From Paramoeba atlantica (taxonomy: Eukaryota; Protista; Discosea), in the NCBI GenBank assembly GCA_977017575.1, contig CDRNVI010000152.1, forward strand, positions 1 through 64,000: DNA of 64,000 nucleotides. The letters run 5' to 3'. A program made the position numbers and the translations under genes. Each line of letters begins with the position of its first letter. The stretch's first letter is position 1. Of this stretch, positions 23,711-36,760 are shown in pieces. A model generated the notes under the pieces. The model saw only the letters and a list, made by a program, of their open reading frames with translations, made no database searches and was not told where the DNA came from.

Positions 23711-26010
23711 TCCAAATAGAAACTCTTTCACTAGAGACTCCCATTCCTGGATGTATTCTCAGTGATTTTGACTTGACACTGATTGTTTGAAGAAACTCTG
23801 ATTCAAGTTCTTCTTCTTCTTCTTTATTGTCTGGGTCAATGCAACCTGATGTAAGCTCATGAAGAAAACACTGATCACAGTAGTCTTCAGTGTCTTTGGC
23901 TGAACATTGGAAAACTTTTGAAAGTGAAAGGAATTGGCCAAAGACACAACACTTGGTCCTCCCTCATCTCAACTTATGGCAACATATAGCTTTTGAAATG
24001 TTCTCAAGTAATTGCATGAACCTGGTCCAGTGGTTTGCTCAATCTGACCAAACCCCTCCACCACCCAAAAGGAAAAGAGAAGAGGAAATTGACCTCCAAG
24101 CAGCAAAGAAGCAAATGCTGACACAACTCAATGAAATGATTGAGAATTGTAAGGACCTTAATGAACTCAAAAGAAAATTGGACAAACAAAAATGATCCAA
24201 CTGTTACTGTTCATCATAAGCAAGATAACAGTTTCACTCTCATCATTGGAGATCTGGAAAGAGATTTATTTTGAAACTTTGCTCCCCTGCTCAAACCAAA
24301 CAAGAATTATCAGAAAACATGAGTCAACTTGCTTCCTCAACAAACAGTCATCATTTTAGGTCTGAGGTGTTGCATGGGTCAACTTGTTCTCCAGTGTACA
24401 CTCCAAGAGCCCACATCACTCAAGGCTTCAGCATTGGCCAAAACACTGAGTATGCAATTGATAGGTCAACTTTGTATAAGACATTTATTAATGCATCAAT
24501 GGGTCAACTTTCAATTTCAGTTTCAAACACCAGGCCACTCAAGTGGTGATGCTCTCACTGAACCTTATCTGGAATGGAGGAGGATGTTGAGTGCACACAC
24601 CCATGCCAAAACCAAATGTAGGGCACAAAAGAGTCACCCAAAAGATTAATGCTTTATCTGAGCAAGACTTAGTTTGAATAACTGATGAATAAACTCCTAA
24701 GAAGAGGGGTAAGGACAAGCAGAGATATTGGAGAGGAAACAAAGCAATAGACCTGAATTGAACAAATGGCTGATTCATTTTGTAAACAAATGAGAAATCT
24801 TCTCTTGAATGGAATATTACCAGAATCAAAAATAGAAGCAAAGAATAATCAATTTTGAATTTCCAATCCTGTGTCCACAAGTTCATCTTGCATGATCTGA
24901 CATCTTTAAAGTAAATTAAAAACCAAAGGAGAAGAAGGCAAAGAAGAAAGAAGGGGTAAGACAAGAGTGGATGAGGGGCAAAATGGGGCACACAGGAGAT
25001 GGACAAAAAGCACACACATCATCAGAAGGAATGCAATATCTCAAAAGATACCCTTGATTGAAGAATCTGAGCACTTTTTGCACCTAAAAAGCACTCTTGT
25101 ACCTCATCATTATAGTCACCATGATCAAATTCATGCAACATGGTGTGGAAGACCAGCTTGTGGAATTAATGAGGGGAATAGGGAGAAATGGAGAAAGAGA
25201 ATTTAGGACTTGAGAAAGAAATAAAAGAGAGAGAGAGACACATGAGAATGGAAAGGATGAGAAAGTGAAATTTGATTTAGGAGAAATCTTCAATCCTATC
25301 AACAAGAACAGAAGAAAATGATTCTCTAACACCAACTTTAGGAAATCCAAGGATCTTGAGAGGTGGACATTATCAAATAAGGAGGTTCAAGGAGATTTCA
25401 AAGAAAGTGATGAAGAAATATAAACCCAAGAGGAGCAGACTAGTAATGCCAATCAGCTCAGTTGGCCAAAAGGATGAATATTTCCCCCCTTGATAAGGGT
25501 CACTGAGATCCTTAGGGGATGCAAGGGGGGGTCTGAATATTGAGACCTTTTGTCAAGCCACCTTTTGGGCAGTTAAGAGGAAGCAGCCAAGAACCTATTT
25601 GAATGTTGAATTGGCCCAATTGGTTCAGATTGCAATCAGAAAGAAAAGAAGATGGAAGATTGAGATCAAGATAAATAAGGGGGGGGGTTTTGGAGTTGGC
25701 TTGAGAAACTCTACTCCAAAAGGGGAAGAGACCAAAACCAAGGATAATCAAGAAGGATAAACAATGGAAAAGAAGGCCAGAGAAAGTACTCAAGAAGTAT
25801 GCAAAGGAACAGGACAAAGAGGAGACTTCACCAACAGCAGCATTTCCACCCTTTTTGTACCAAAGAGAAAGATTGATCTGAAATATGTGAACCACACAGC
25901 ACAAAAACTGTGAGACTCTGGGAAAAATGTTTCACCATCTTCCAAAAGAAAAGAAAAAACCAGAAAAAAAGAAAAAACCAGAAAAACCAGAAAAAAAACA
26001 AATAAAATTG

Positions 26011-28549
26011 TTAAACTCTCCAGAAAATTGGGTTCCTTCCAGGCCAAAAGACTAATTAGGCCTCTATTTTTGACTCTTTTTTTGAAGCCACTGGTGGGTG
26101 GAGGGGAGATTTTTTTTGATAAACTTTTTAATAAAGATCTTTTAAACAAGAATATCAAGAAATATTTGTCCAAATATTGTTTTTTGAAAAAAAAAATTGA
26201 GTCACTAAAAAAAAAAAAACATCATTTTTCAAAAGGACTAATTAGTCCTCAGTCATGTGCCTGCTCATATGGTCAGCAAAGCAACCTGAACAAAAAATGA
26301 GTGTTTGATCACAGGAGCAATAGGTTTGAACTTTCTTTGTACAATTTGTCCCATTGCATCCTACTCTTCTGGTACTCTTGTCTGGCTTCAGTCCAATTAC
26401 CATTTCACCAAACTCCAGCAAAGTTGGGCTTGATCATCAGATGATGTTCTACATGAGTTGGGAGTGGTATTCGCAGGTTATAGCTTTCATCCAAGGGATG
26501 ATTCTGAGAGAGTAGACCTTGGGCAACCTCAAAACGAAATTCTGCAAAGGAGAGCTCTTTGGCTTGGGGGAAAAAGTGCTGAAATATGAGGAAGGCATTG
26601 ACTTCCACAACTACAAGAATGAAAGCAAACTGCCTGTGGACCCATTTTTTGGTCTTCCAGGAACTCTCCAAGGAGAGAGAACCTTGCCTCAGTTGGTTGT
26701 GATCATCCACACAATGCCTGGTTTGATAGTAAAAGTCAAGAGGCTGAGTATATCACAGGGAGAGTCTTTGGCCTTCAAGCTTGCAATTTTGTAGGCAACC
26801 AGTGGGAAAAGAAGTTCCCCAGGTATTAATCATTATAGAAGAGTGATGAACATCTTGGAAAGCCTCCACATAGAATTTATAACCTCTCAGAGATCCTTTC
26901 TTCACTTTCACACATAACCAGGTTCCTTCTCCTTGAGGTGTGTAACAATCTCTTTCCCTGGAATTCCTTTGGGCCAATATCATTTTTTCTTCACAACTGA
27001 AGTACAATACAATCCCTTCTCCAAGAAGTTGAATACAACCTTCCAACACACAAAAACCACTATCCAAAGCAACTACTCGACCAGTTCCCCAAATTCCCTC
27101 AGTCATTCTAAGCATTAAACCAACAGTTTTCGCTCCAGAACCAGATGGAGGTTGAAACTTGGGCAGGCCCATTTCAGGAGGATGGGACTTTCCTTCCACA
27201 ATTTCAAGAAAGAGTATCACTTTAGTCTCCCCACAACCAATTGTATGATATTCATTTCCAAAAGGATGAGGTTTCCTCTGAACAAACATCCAACCAGGAG
27301 CCCATTTACAGAACCACACCACCATAGACTCATCTAGACAGACCTGTCAACTTGGAACAAAGATGGTCTTCATCTTCTCATTAAAAGCAGCAATCAGGGG
27401 TCGAATTTCCCACATACAGTCTGTGTAAGAGGGTTTTGCAGAGAGAGGAGCAAGTTTAAGAGAGGAGACAATCATATCAAACCAATTTCTACTGATATAT
27501 TTCCTAAGATAAGGCAGTGTACCATGCAAGGAAGATCCAGCTGAATCCTTTGAAATTCGAAAAAAATCCCTTCTTTTATGTCCTGGGTAGAAAGACATAA
27601 TCTGGCACAAGGCAATAAAATCAAGCATTTCAGCTTCAGTGAAGTTCAAAGAATGGTTAAACTCATTTGTTGCTTTCAGCACATCAGTTTTTAGAAAGGT
27701 TAGAGGTAGAACTTGGAGAAAAATATCGAGGGGAGTGGGGACATAAACAGCATCAAAGCGAATTCTTGTACAGGCCTTGAAGTCTTGTGCTCCTATCACA
27801 GCACAAGCATCAGTTGTTGAGGAAGACCACTCAGAAACACAAAGGAAAGATCATTTTCAACGAGTTCTGCTGCATTGTCTTCCCCTTCCTCCTCAATATC
27901 AGAGCAAGATTCAGTATCTTCATCATCAGTATCAGATGAGCCCAAAACAGGCACAGAGGTTGTTGATGCCTGGGATGAACCAGAACTTGATCCTCCTGAG
28001 CCAGAAGAGGATGATGAAGATGAAGATGGATGAGTTGAAGTCCCACAACCCTCTGAGACATCTGCTTCTCCAACAAACTTCAAATTTTCAGGAAGAGCCA
28101 GAAGGTAATCATTCTGAAAGACAGGAGAATGAAGCAAAACTACCATCTGAGATTTCCTGTCATAGTTCTGAAGTTCCACCCTTTTCACCCTGAGTGAAGA
28201 GAGAGATGCTCCTTGATATTGGTCACCAAAATGTTTCCTTAGAAGATGAGAAGGGCAAAGGTTCACAGCTTTGCAGAACCAAATAGTATCCTCCTTCAAT
28301 TCTTCAATTCTTGGAGAAGTTGATCTAGAACTCATTTTTCTCACCACTGTAACTTTTTTCATTCAGACTTTCTGAGAAAGGCATTGTGATGAAAATCAAG
28401 AAAAAACCTCAAAGAAACACAAAAGAAAGTAAAAAAAAAAAAAAAAAAGTTCAAAAATGTGCTTTATTTTGGCCAACAAACAGGAGCCTAATTAGGCCCA
28501 AAAAGACTAATTAGGCCCCCCTGGAAAGAACCCGATATAATATTGTTAA
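26011..28549 (-). mobile_element. piggyBac-like DNA transposon, decayed
   Basis: TTAA at 26011-14 and 28546-49. Subterminal inverted GGGTTC(C/T)TTCCAGG near 26030 and 28520. Repeated palindromic CTAATTAG boxes near both ends. The exact termini are imperfect. Confidence 0.65.
26290..28362 (-). pseudogene. piggyBac (PGBD/DDE_Tnp_1_7-like) transposase pseudogene
   Basis: Acidic N-terminus, PTPLDIFLQ, CLDESMV (D1), RKPHPFGNEYH, ALDSGF (D2), KKK*YWPKG, MDDHNQLRQ (D3), WKTKKW and VNAFLIF. Stops and a frameshift are present. Confidence 0.88.
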
Positions 28550-28858
28550 CCAAAATAAACCTGATCAAATTGTGCAATATCTTGATGCAATAAATGAGGA
28601 AATATATATATATTTGTTCTCATTCTCACTTCTAATCTAAGAGAAGGAAAGAAAAGATTGAAGAAGAGATAAAAAAAAATGAAAAAATTCACTATGTGAG
28701 AATTGAACCTGTTAGATGAATAGATGGTTCTTGCCCTTCTCCTTATTCTCTTGAGGTTTGAAAAAGAAGTTTTTCAATCCCCCTCCTTTGAAACAAAAAT
28801 AGAAGACATTATTTGAAAAATAACTTTCTTCAAAAGAACAATGAACCCCCAGAATTTT

Positions 28859-28905
28859 CATACTCTCTGGGTGCTAATTTGAAAATTTGTACCCAGAGAG
28901 AGTAT
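28859..28905 (-). repeat. About 47-bp hairpin repeat CATACTCTCTGGGT-N18-ACCCAGAGAGTATG (reverse-orientation copy)
   Basis: The inner spacer GCTAATTTGAAAATTTG is the reverse complement of the CAAATTTTCAAATTAGC spacer at 61236. Other copies lie at about 37638, 60814, 61236 and 63763. Confidence 0.75.
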
Positions 28906-29520
28906 AAGTCTTCTTGCTTGAGGTCATTTGAGTTTTGCTTGTATTGCCACTGAACAAGGAAAGAACTGAAATAGTTACTTCTTCAAAAAAGATCAAAAGA
29001 AATGAGTTCTCTGTTCAAAAAAAAAATGTGAAAAAGGAGGTGAAAAGAAAAGATAAAGAAGATAAAAACTAGTAAGAAAAAGAAAGAAAAAAGAACCTTG
29101 TGTCCTTACCTCTCACAGCTTAATAGATGGTCTCCCTGATCCAGTGTCCCCTCAAGGTAAAATGATTCCCATTTCTCTCAAAGTTCTTGTTTCTCAAAAG
29201 ACAAAAGGAATGCCAAATCAAAGAAAGGTCCCAACATTGAACTGGGGTGAGTCATAAAATAATTAAAGAAATAATTGATATTCTCAAGGGTCCACCAAGT
29301 CTAATCCTCTTAAATAACATCAAAGAAATAATAGTGTTGTTTGAACAATATCAAAAGAACTATTTAACTTGTTCATATAAAACTCCTTACAATCCATTCA
29401 ATTTGTTTTGCCTTTCTCAATCTTGGATATTAATCACAAGCACAAAGTGGAGATATTATCATCACAACAAGACACTCCCTCAACAGGTATTCAACAAAAC
29501 CAAATAACTAGAACCCAAAT

Positions 29521-29739
29521 TGTTGGAGGTGAAACAGGGAAAATGATAAAACTGATGTAAGGCATGAGGGTTTAGAGAGGAAAATGAGAATAAACTTTAT
29601 TTGTGACAAACAAGGTTGCACAAACAAGTGACAATGGAATAGGTGGTTGCATTGCAATGTCTCAGGAGGATGCAACAATGTCTGGACAACTTCAATGAAA
29701 CCAGATTTATCTTAATAAGGTTAGAAGTTGCATCCAACA
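29521..29739 (-). repeat. 3' LTR of copia element
   Basis: TGTTGGA...TCCAACA, 219 bp, 10 transitions relative to the 5' LTR. Confidence 0.97.
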
Positions 29740-29752
29740 CTCTCCTCCATCC
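29740..29752 (-). other. Polypurine tract
   Basis: GGATGGAGGAGAG on the minus strand abuts the 3' LTR. Confidence 0.85.
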
Positions 29753-29762
29753 AATGAATACT

Positions 29763-32700
29763 TCAATGCAATCCGGAAAAACAAACATTCATGTGTCTCT
29801 CATGCAGGATTCTCTTGAGAGGCTTGGTCATCACGTCTGCATGTTGTACAGAGGAACAGTGATAAACAAGAGAAATGGTCTTATTTTCAATCAACTCTCG
29901 AATAAAATGCAGTTTAATATCAATGTGCTTGGTTCTTGACTTGATCATCGGGTTGTTTGCAATGTCAATAGCTTGTTGATTGTCCTCATAAATTAAAATA
30001 GGGGTTTTAACCATCAAACCCAGAGTCTCCAACAATTGTTTCAGATACATAATCTCTTTTGTAACCTCAGCTAATGCATAATATTCAGCATCAGTTGATG
30101 AGAGTTTCACAGAAGGGGTTGTCTTGAAACACCAGGAAATCAGATTGGAGCATAAGAAAACCAAATAGCCATAGGTGGAGCAACAGTCATATTGATCAGC
30201 AAAGGCAGCATCACAAAACACACTCAAATCAACAGTCATCAATTTGGGGTCAAAACCAGCAGGGTGGACAAATTTGATTTCCTCATTAGGGCGTCCATTC
30301 AGATAAGAAATAAGGTGACAAATAGTGTTCTCAAGTTCTTTGGAGGGACAGGTTTGGAACTTGCAGATCTGGCCAACAGCATATGAGATATCTGGTCAGG
30401 TGTTGGAGGCATACAAGAACTTCCCATTGATCGTGGGGATAGCTATCAGGGCACAATCTTATTTTTGGGTCAGCAGGGGTCTTGTAGTGGATTCAAACCA
30501 GGTGATTGTATTCTTGACAGATCAACTTCACATAATCAGATTGGTCCAAAGAAACTTGAAAGAGCTCATCTTGCTTGATCTGCATTCCAATCAACCAATC
30601 AACTGTGTCAAAGTATTTTAGATCATATTTTCCACACATGTATTCCATGAAGCGCTCGTGCAATTTTATGCAGGTGGAAAACCAGGTCAAGTCATCTACA
30701 ATAGCAACCAAAAACATAATTCCATTTGATTCAGCAATCATGAACAGACAAAGATCAACATCATTCCAAATGAAGCCAAAAGCCAATAGGGACTCAACCA
30801 AATGATTGTACCAGTTTCAACCAGCAGGGGGGTATCCATAAATTCCCTTCAACATCAGCCACACAAAATCATTTCCTTTCTCAACAAAACCAGGGGGTTG
30901 ACTTATATAAACAGGTTTCGTGTCAGGATCAACATCAGCACAAACATATGCTGAGGGTACATCACCACCGTGGAGCTTACATCCAAATAGGGCAGCCAAA
31001 CACAGAATGGTTCTCAGAGTGGAGGAGCGGGCAACAGGGGAATACACCTCATTGATGGAATCTGGAATAAATGAAGAGCCATTGACACAGTATCGTGACT
31101 TGAAGGAAGTAACCTTTCCATGTTGTGTTTTGATGCGATATCTCCACAAACCAGGTAAAATTACCACATTCGAATAATCGATTTGGTTCTTGTGGACAAG
31201 GACAAAAGCTTTCCTTTTCATGAGGGCATCGCACTCTCTCTTCATTGATTCAAGCCATTCACACTTCTCTTGGGAGGCAATAGCACCTTTGAAAGTTTTC
31301 AGGGTCAATGCAGTTGAGATGTCTTCCTCAGCCATGAGAGCAGCTGTCATTGAGATTTCAAAATCATCCCATTGTTTCTTCTTCCTTTCTCGAGCAGATC
31401 TTCTGGGTTCAGAGGGAGTTTGGGTCAGACTGGGTACAGGTGGGGTAATATCTCGGTCATGTGCACCAGATTCATAGAAACCATCTGAATATTCAAAGTT
31501 TTCAGGGCCATGGATCAATTCCTCCCCTCCATTTTGGGATTCCTCCTCACAAGGTGTCTCTTCCTCAAGTTCCTCAAATGAGATAGGTTCAGAAGATGGT
31601 TGCAGTCCGAAAAGGTCAATAGGAGGAGCAGAAGATCCACCAATATACTTCTGGTAGAGAGATTGGACACCAAAGGCAGTCTTGTCAAAAACCACATTAG
31701 CAGACTCAAAAAATTTCTTCACAATTGGGTCCCACATGCAGTAAGCAGCCATATTGGGGGCAGGTCACACATAAATTCTGAATCGAACTTTGGGCTTCAA
31801 TTTCTTCTGTTGTTCCTCAGGTAGCAAAGAGAAAGCATAGCAGCCAAAGGCTCTGAAGTACATCCAGTCAGGTCAGGTTTTGAAGAGAGCTTCCATTGGT
31901 GAGATCTTTGCATCGCCATGGACAGTAGATTGGTAATACAAATCAAAGAATTCAGCTGCTTCAGGCCAGAAGAAGTCAGGACAGCGACCAGAATGGAGGT
32001 TGGATCTGATTCCCTCTTGAGAGGTATGGTTGTATCTCTCAGCAATTGTGTTTTGTTCATGCTCAGAACGTGCAGACCATTGAAGATGGATCCCTTTCTC
32101 TTTACAAAATTTCAAAAGTTTTCCATGCTTGCCAATGAACATCACATTGGATAATCTTCACACAAGTGTCGCATTGTTGTTCCAATTTCACGACAGCAAC
32201 AATAATATCATCAGCAGCATCATTCTTCAGCTTCAAAGACGAACAGAGAGGATGATGAGATTTGTGTTCAATGATTGTCAACCGGTACTTGAAGCCACCA
32301 ATTCCCACAACATTCAAATACAAAATGTCAATGTGAATAAATTCTCCATAATTGAAATCACGCCGTGGTTCGATCTTGATATGTGGAGAGCGAGAAAGCT
32401 TCCCAGAAACACATCCCAATACACAATCAGTTTTGTCATTGTGGAGCACTCGAGGTAAATTGCGGCCAACTTGAAGCTCAACAGTCCATTTAATTGAACT
32501 AATGTGTCCAGCCTGTAGGTGCCAAATCAAGAAAGATTCGCGGTGTTGGGGATGGAGCTCACGGTTGCAATGCTTCTTCTTTCCAAGCAGAGCAGTACCA
32601 GGTGATGGGAGTTGGTAAGAGAGGTAGTAGAGGCCATTATTTCATGTTCCAGTTGCAATGACTTCAATCCCAGCCAAATCAGATATATTTCCTTTACAAA

Positions 32701-34495
32701 TTAGGACTCGATCTGAATCAAAAAGCATGAACGCATCCAAATCATCACATGTTGAAGAAACAGAGAGAAGATCATGGGAGAGGTTTGGAACAAACAAAAC
32801 TTGACTTAAACTTAAGTCTCTTCCATCTGTGAGGATTGAACCAGTTCCGCGTTTCTCAACAGGTAAAGCAGAACCGTTTGCTTGGGTTATTGATCCACCA
32901 GGGCCAGCAGCGTTATGTTGGATCATGTTAGGGTTGTTTGTGAGGGTAGGAAAAGCGCCAGAATCAACAATCATGTGGTGGGAACCATCAGCAGCATGAA
33001 GAGCAACAGAGTCATCAGTGACATCCAAAAAACAGAATCCATCCGTAGGTTCATTATAGTGCTCATCAGTTTGTTGCTCATCAAGAAGAAGATCTTGGAC
33101 AAACTCAAGGAACTCCTCAGTGGAAGGTTTGGTGTAGAAGGCCATTTTGCAGACGCCAGTCATTGCAAATTGTGCGAGAAATGCTTCACCAACAGAGGTC
33201 TGGGGCTTTCCTTGCTTCTTTCTTTGACATTCATCCTTCCAGTGACCAGTCACCCCACACCAATGGCAATGACCTTGACAAACAGTTGAACCACCAGGAC
33301 GTCAATCACCAGGTTTGAATTTCTTTCCAGTTCTCCAACATTTCTCCTCCTTTGCTTCAGCCAACAAACCAACATGTGGTGGGAATCCAAAACTGGATTC
33401 CTTGCCATATTTAGATAGGACTTTTTCTTCAAAGTGTGCCAAACTATCAACCAAATCCTCAAAAGATAAATCTTTCTGATATTTGAGTGTCTCCATGGGT
33501 TGGAACTCAGGACCAAGGCCTCGAAGAAGAAGAGCCATCATACAGTGTTCTGAAACAGGTTCATCATTCTCAGCAGATTCTATGGCGAGGGCCATACCTC
33601 GGGATACATAATCATTGACAGTTTCGTTCTCCTTCTTTTTCAAAGTCATCAACTCGTTCGTGAGGTCCAGCAAAGATGCCATTGTTTTCTTGTCGTACTC
33701 GTCTTCCAACTTGAGCCAAACATGGTGGGGCTTATGCTTGTAAAAGGGTGCAGCAATCTTAAGTTTTGCGTTCCGCTGCAGACAGACGAACAGGAAGCAA
33801 TAGACCTTCTTTGCATTAAAACGCATTGCCGATCGCATGCAGTGGACTTGAGGAACTGGGATGAGTAGATACTCCGCTAAACCATACGAATCCAAATGAT
33901 TTGTGATGTCATCCTTCCATTTCCGATACTTCTTCTTGGTTCCATCGAAGGGGTATTGCACCTTCATCAGGTCTTTGTGGACTTTTCGAGGGTACAACTC
34001 AATCTCATCTTCATCTGATGAAAATTCATCAGAGGAATTGCCATAATCATCAGAGCCAAAAGAATCATCGGAATCAGGTGGGTCAGGATCAGAGTGATCA
34101 GGGGGATCTCTCTGAGGCTTCGATGTCAGTGGTGTTGCAGTCTGGTGAGCAGAAGTAGAAGAACAAGAGGCATTTGAAGAACAAGGTTGGAAGAGTGGTG
34201 TGTCGTCCAATTGGATACTATCCATCCAGTTCTCATTGTCCTTTTCCTTCTCGGTGGGCAGCTGTGACTCGGGCGTCGCATATGAGTTCCTTTCTGGAAC
34301 ATCAGCAGGTTGATCAGACCCAATCAATGGTGCAAGGACTCCATTCCAACACTTTGATCGTCGTTCAGCACGCTCCCCCCTCATGCATGTCGCATCATGC
34401 TTCTTGGCAGAGCAAGAAATTGTGTTCATTTCTTCTCGCCTGATTGATCGACGATGCTTCTCAGTCTTGAGTGATTTCCCGGCCGTTAAATCCAT
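29763..34495 (-). pseudogene. Copia gag-pol polyprotein with premature TGA stops and frameshifts
   Basis: Gag with a CHWCGVTGHWKDEC knuckle, protease IVDSGA, integrase (H..AGH..C..C, IHIDI, AERYN), RT (YKSRYCVNG-like, DVPSAY, VYISQPPGF, AIVDDL) and RNase H (FCDAAF, EYYAL, KHIDIKLHFIRE, ADVMTKPL). The conserved TRPD reads T*PD (TGA 30396-30398). Confidence 0.95.
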
Positions 34496-34500
34496 ACGTA

Positions 34501-34537
34501 AGTTCAGTCATGGATAGAGCTACAGAGACTCTTAATC
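34501..34537 (-). other. Primer-binding site complementary to the 5' half of tRNA-Lys(CUU)
   Basis: The plus strand reads AGTTCAGTCATGGATAGAGCTACAGAGACTCTTAATC directly against the LTR. It resembles the D-arm to anticodon-stem sequence of eukaryotic tRNA-Lys(CUU), AGCTCAGTCGGTAGAGCATGAGACTCTTAATC, ending at tRNA position 40. Confidence 0.75.
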
Positions 34538-34756
34538 TGTTGGAGGTGAAACAGGGAAAATGATAAAACCGATGTAAGGCACGAGGGTTTAGAGAGGAAA
34601 ATGAGAATAAACTTTATTTATGACAAACAAGGTTGCACGAACAAGCAACAATGGAATAGGTGGTTGCATTGCAATGTTTCAGGAGGATGCGACAATGTCC
34701 GGACAACTTCGATGAAACCAGATTTATCTTAATAAGGTTAGAAGTTGCATCCAACA
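34538..34756 (-). repeat. 5' LTR of copia element
   Basis: TGTTGGA...TCCAACA, 219 bp. It retains several CpGs that are TG/CA in the other LTR. Confidence 0.97.
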
Positions 34757-35059
34757 CAAATATCCAACCAAGAAACAACCACCTCTAAAAACCACCAACA
34801 AATAACAAACAACAAAACAATAAAACAACAATCCCCCCACAAACAATGCACAATACTCCAGGAACAACAAAACACAAAATAAAGAAGAGGGGAAAACCTG
34901 GTGTGATAATGAGGACAAAACAATAGTGGTGACAACAACTTGCACAGCAGAAAGTGCCTTTGGTGAGAAGGTGGAAAATCAGAAAGGTGCCAAGTGTATT
35001 TTTCTACCCCATCATGAATTCTCCATTATTGTTTGTGTTAAAAACCACCCACTCCCACT

Positions 35060-36124
35060 CCCTTCATTCAAAAGGAAAGTCAATCAAAAAATTCAAAATA
35101 AAAAACAAAAGAAAAGGGGAAGGAGGAAAGGGAAAAAAAGAAAAAGGAGGAAAAGAGGGGGAAAAACAAAAGAGAAGAAGAAAAAAGGTAAAAAAGGGAG
35201 AAAAAGGGGAAAGATAAGGAAGAAACAGGAAGAAAAGAAGAAAAAACCTCTGATTGAAAGCAGATCAATCAAAGAAAAGAACCCTTTTCAATGTAATTCC
35301 ACTCTTTTCTGATAAGAATTGGAAAATGTGGAACACTTTTGTCTCTGTTCTAAAATAAAAGATTAAACAAAAGAAAAGGAAGGAAGAAAAAAAAAGAAAG
35401 AAAAAAAAAAGAGAAAAAACAAAGAAAAAAGAGAAGAAAAAAAAGAAAGAAAAAAACAAGAAAAAAGAAGGAAAAAAAAGAAAAAAAAGAACCTTGTCTG
35501 GTGGGATCTCAAGTCTCCCTGACTCCCTAACTCCTCAGCTCCTCTCTCTCTCTCTCTTTCTCTCTCTCAGCGAGAATTGAATCATCTTCTGGGACATTCC
35601 AATTCTTTGAGGGTCCCAAATTGCTGAAAAATGTCAAAGAAGAAAAAAGAGTTGTTTGAACAAATCAAAAGGACTTTTTAATTTGTTCATAAAACTCCAA
35701 AACATCACCACAAAATCCCTTCAATTGTTCTGTCTTTCTTGTTTTTTGATTATATTGTCATCTAACAGAAAAAGAAAAAAGAAAAGAAAGAAAAATTAGT
35801 TTTTCAATTAAAAAAAAACAAAGAAAAACAAAGAAAAGAAAAAAAACACATCACAAAACACCCAACAAAATAAAGGTTTTTGATCTTAAGAAAAAGAGAA
35901 CGAAAAAAGAAAGAAAAAGAAAAAGAAAAAAGAAAAAATACAGTTGAACAAGATTCATGAGTTGAGTGGTCATGTGAATGAATTCTTCCTGAAATACCTA
36001 CAAAGAGAAAAGAAAGAAAGAAAAAAGAAAGAAAAAAGAAAGAAAGGAGAGGGAAAGAAAGAAAGAAAGAGAGGAGAGGGAAAGAAAAGAAATAAAAAAA
36101 AAAATATTATGAAAGGGAGAGAGA

Positions 36125-36162
<38 letters not shown>

Positions 36163-36760
36163 AAGAGAGGGAGAGAAGAAAAAGAGAAAGAGAGAGAAAA
36201 GTGAGAGAGAAAAGAGAGAGAGAAAGAAAGAAAAGAAAAAAATCATCAGAACAGTATAATTTATTCAAAAAATAATCAGAAGAAAAAAAAGAAAAGAAAG
36301 AAAAAGAAAAAAGAAAAGAAAAAGAAAAGAAAAACATTTGAAGAAGATCAGAGAGTCGTGCAAAATTAATTCAACAGGCATTGCCCACTGAGATAGTTGT
36401 CTGCCAAAAGCCTTTTTTAACAAATAATAGAGAGAAGAGAGAGAGAAAGAAAAAGCGGAAGAAAAGAGAAAGAGAAGAGGAGAGGAGAGAGAGAGGAGAG
36501 AAGGAGAGAAGGAGAGAAGGAGAGAAGGAGAGAATGAGAAAGAGAGAGAAGAAGAAGAAGAGAAGCAAACAGAGGCCACCCTCCTCTCCCATTCTCTCTC
36601 CCCCCCTCCAAGAACCCCCTCCCCCCTTGAACACACACACACTCTCTCTCTCTGGAACCTTTTCGCTTCCTCCCTCTCCTCCCTCTCCTTCTTCCCCTCC
36701 CTCTTTCGTGAGCCAACAAAAAAAAAACCATCCAGACCCAAAATAGAGGTCCATCATTTC
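35060..36760. repeat. Low-complexity A/G-rich simple-sequence region
   Basis: Runs of AAAG, GA and GAA. The ORFs here are K/R/E or F/S/L artefacts. Confidence 0.85.

Larger units (their letters stand above)
29521..34756 (-). mobile_element. Full-length Ty1/copia LTR retrotransposon (5236 bp), inactivated
   Basis: Two 219-bp TG...CA LTRs, 5-bp TSD CAAAT (29516-20, 34757-61), PBS, PPT, and gag-PR-INT-RT-RNaseH order. Confidence 0.97.

Noticed and set aside
23720-25950. Several short ORFs of moderate complexity
   Set aside because: CpG-poor and stop-interrupted with no identifiable domain; probably TE relics, but unsupported.
15949-33304. TGA reassigned as a sense codon, since many TE frames read through TGA
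   Set aside because: TGA also terminates the TET-like ORF and the transposase-Ulp1 gene. The internal TGAs fall where Arg (CGA) is expected, and LTR-LTR differences independently show CpG transitions, so mutation explains it.
29090-35760. Similar segments at about 29230-29400 and 35610-35700 as a larger element around the copia
   Set aside because: The similarity is patchy with no termini or TSD; treated as old dispersed-repeat remnants.
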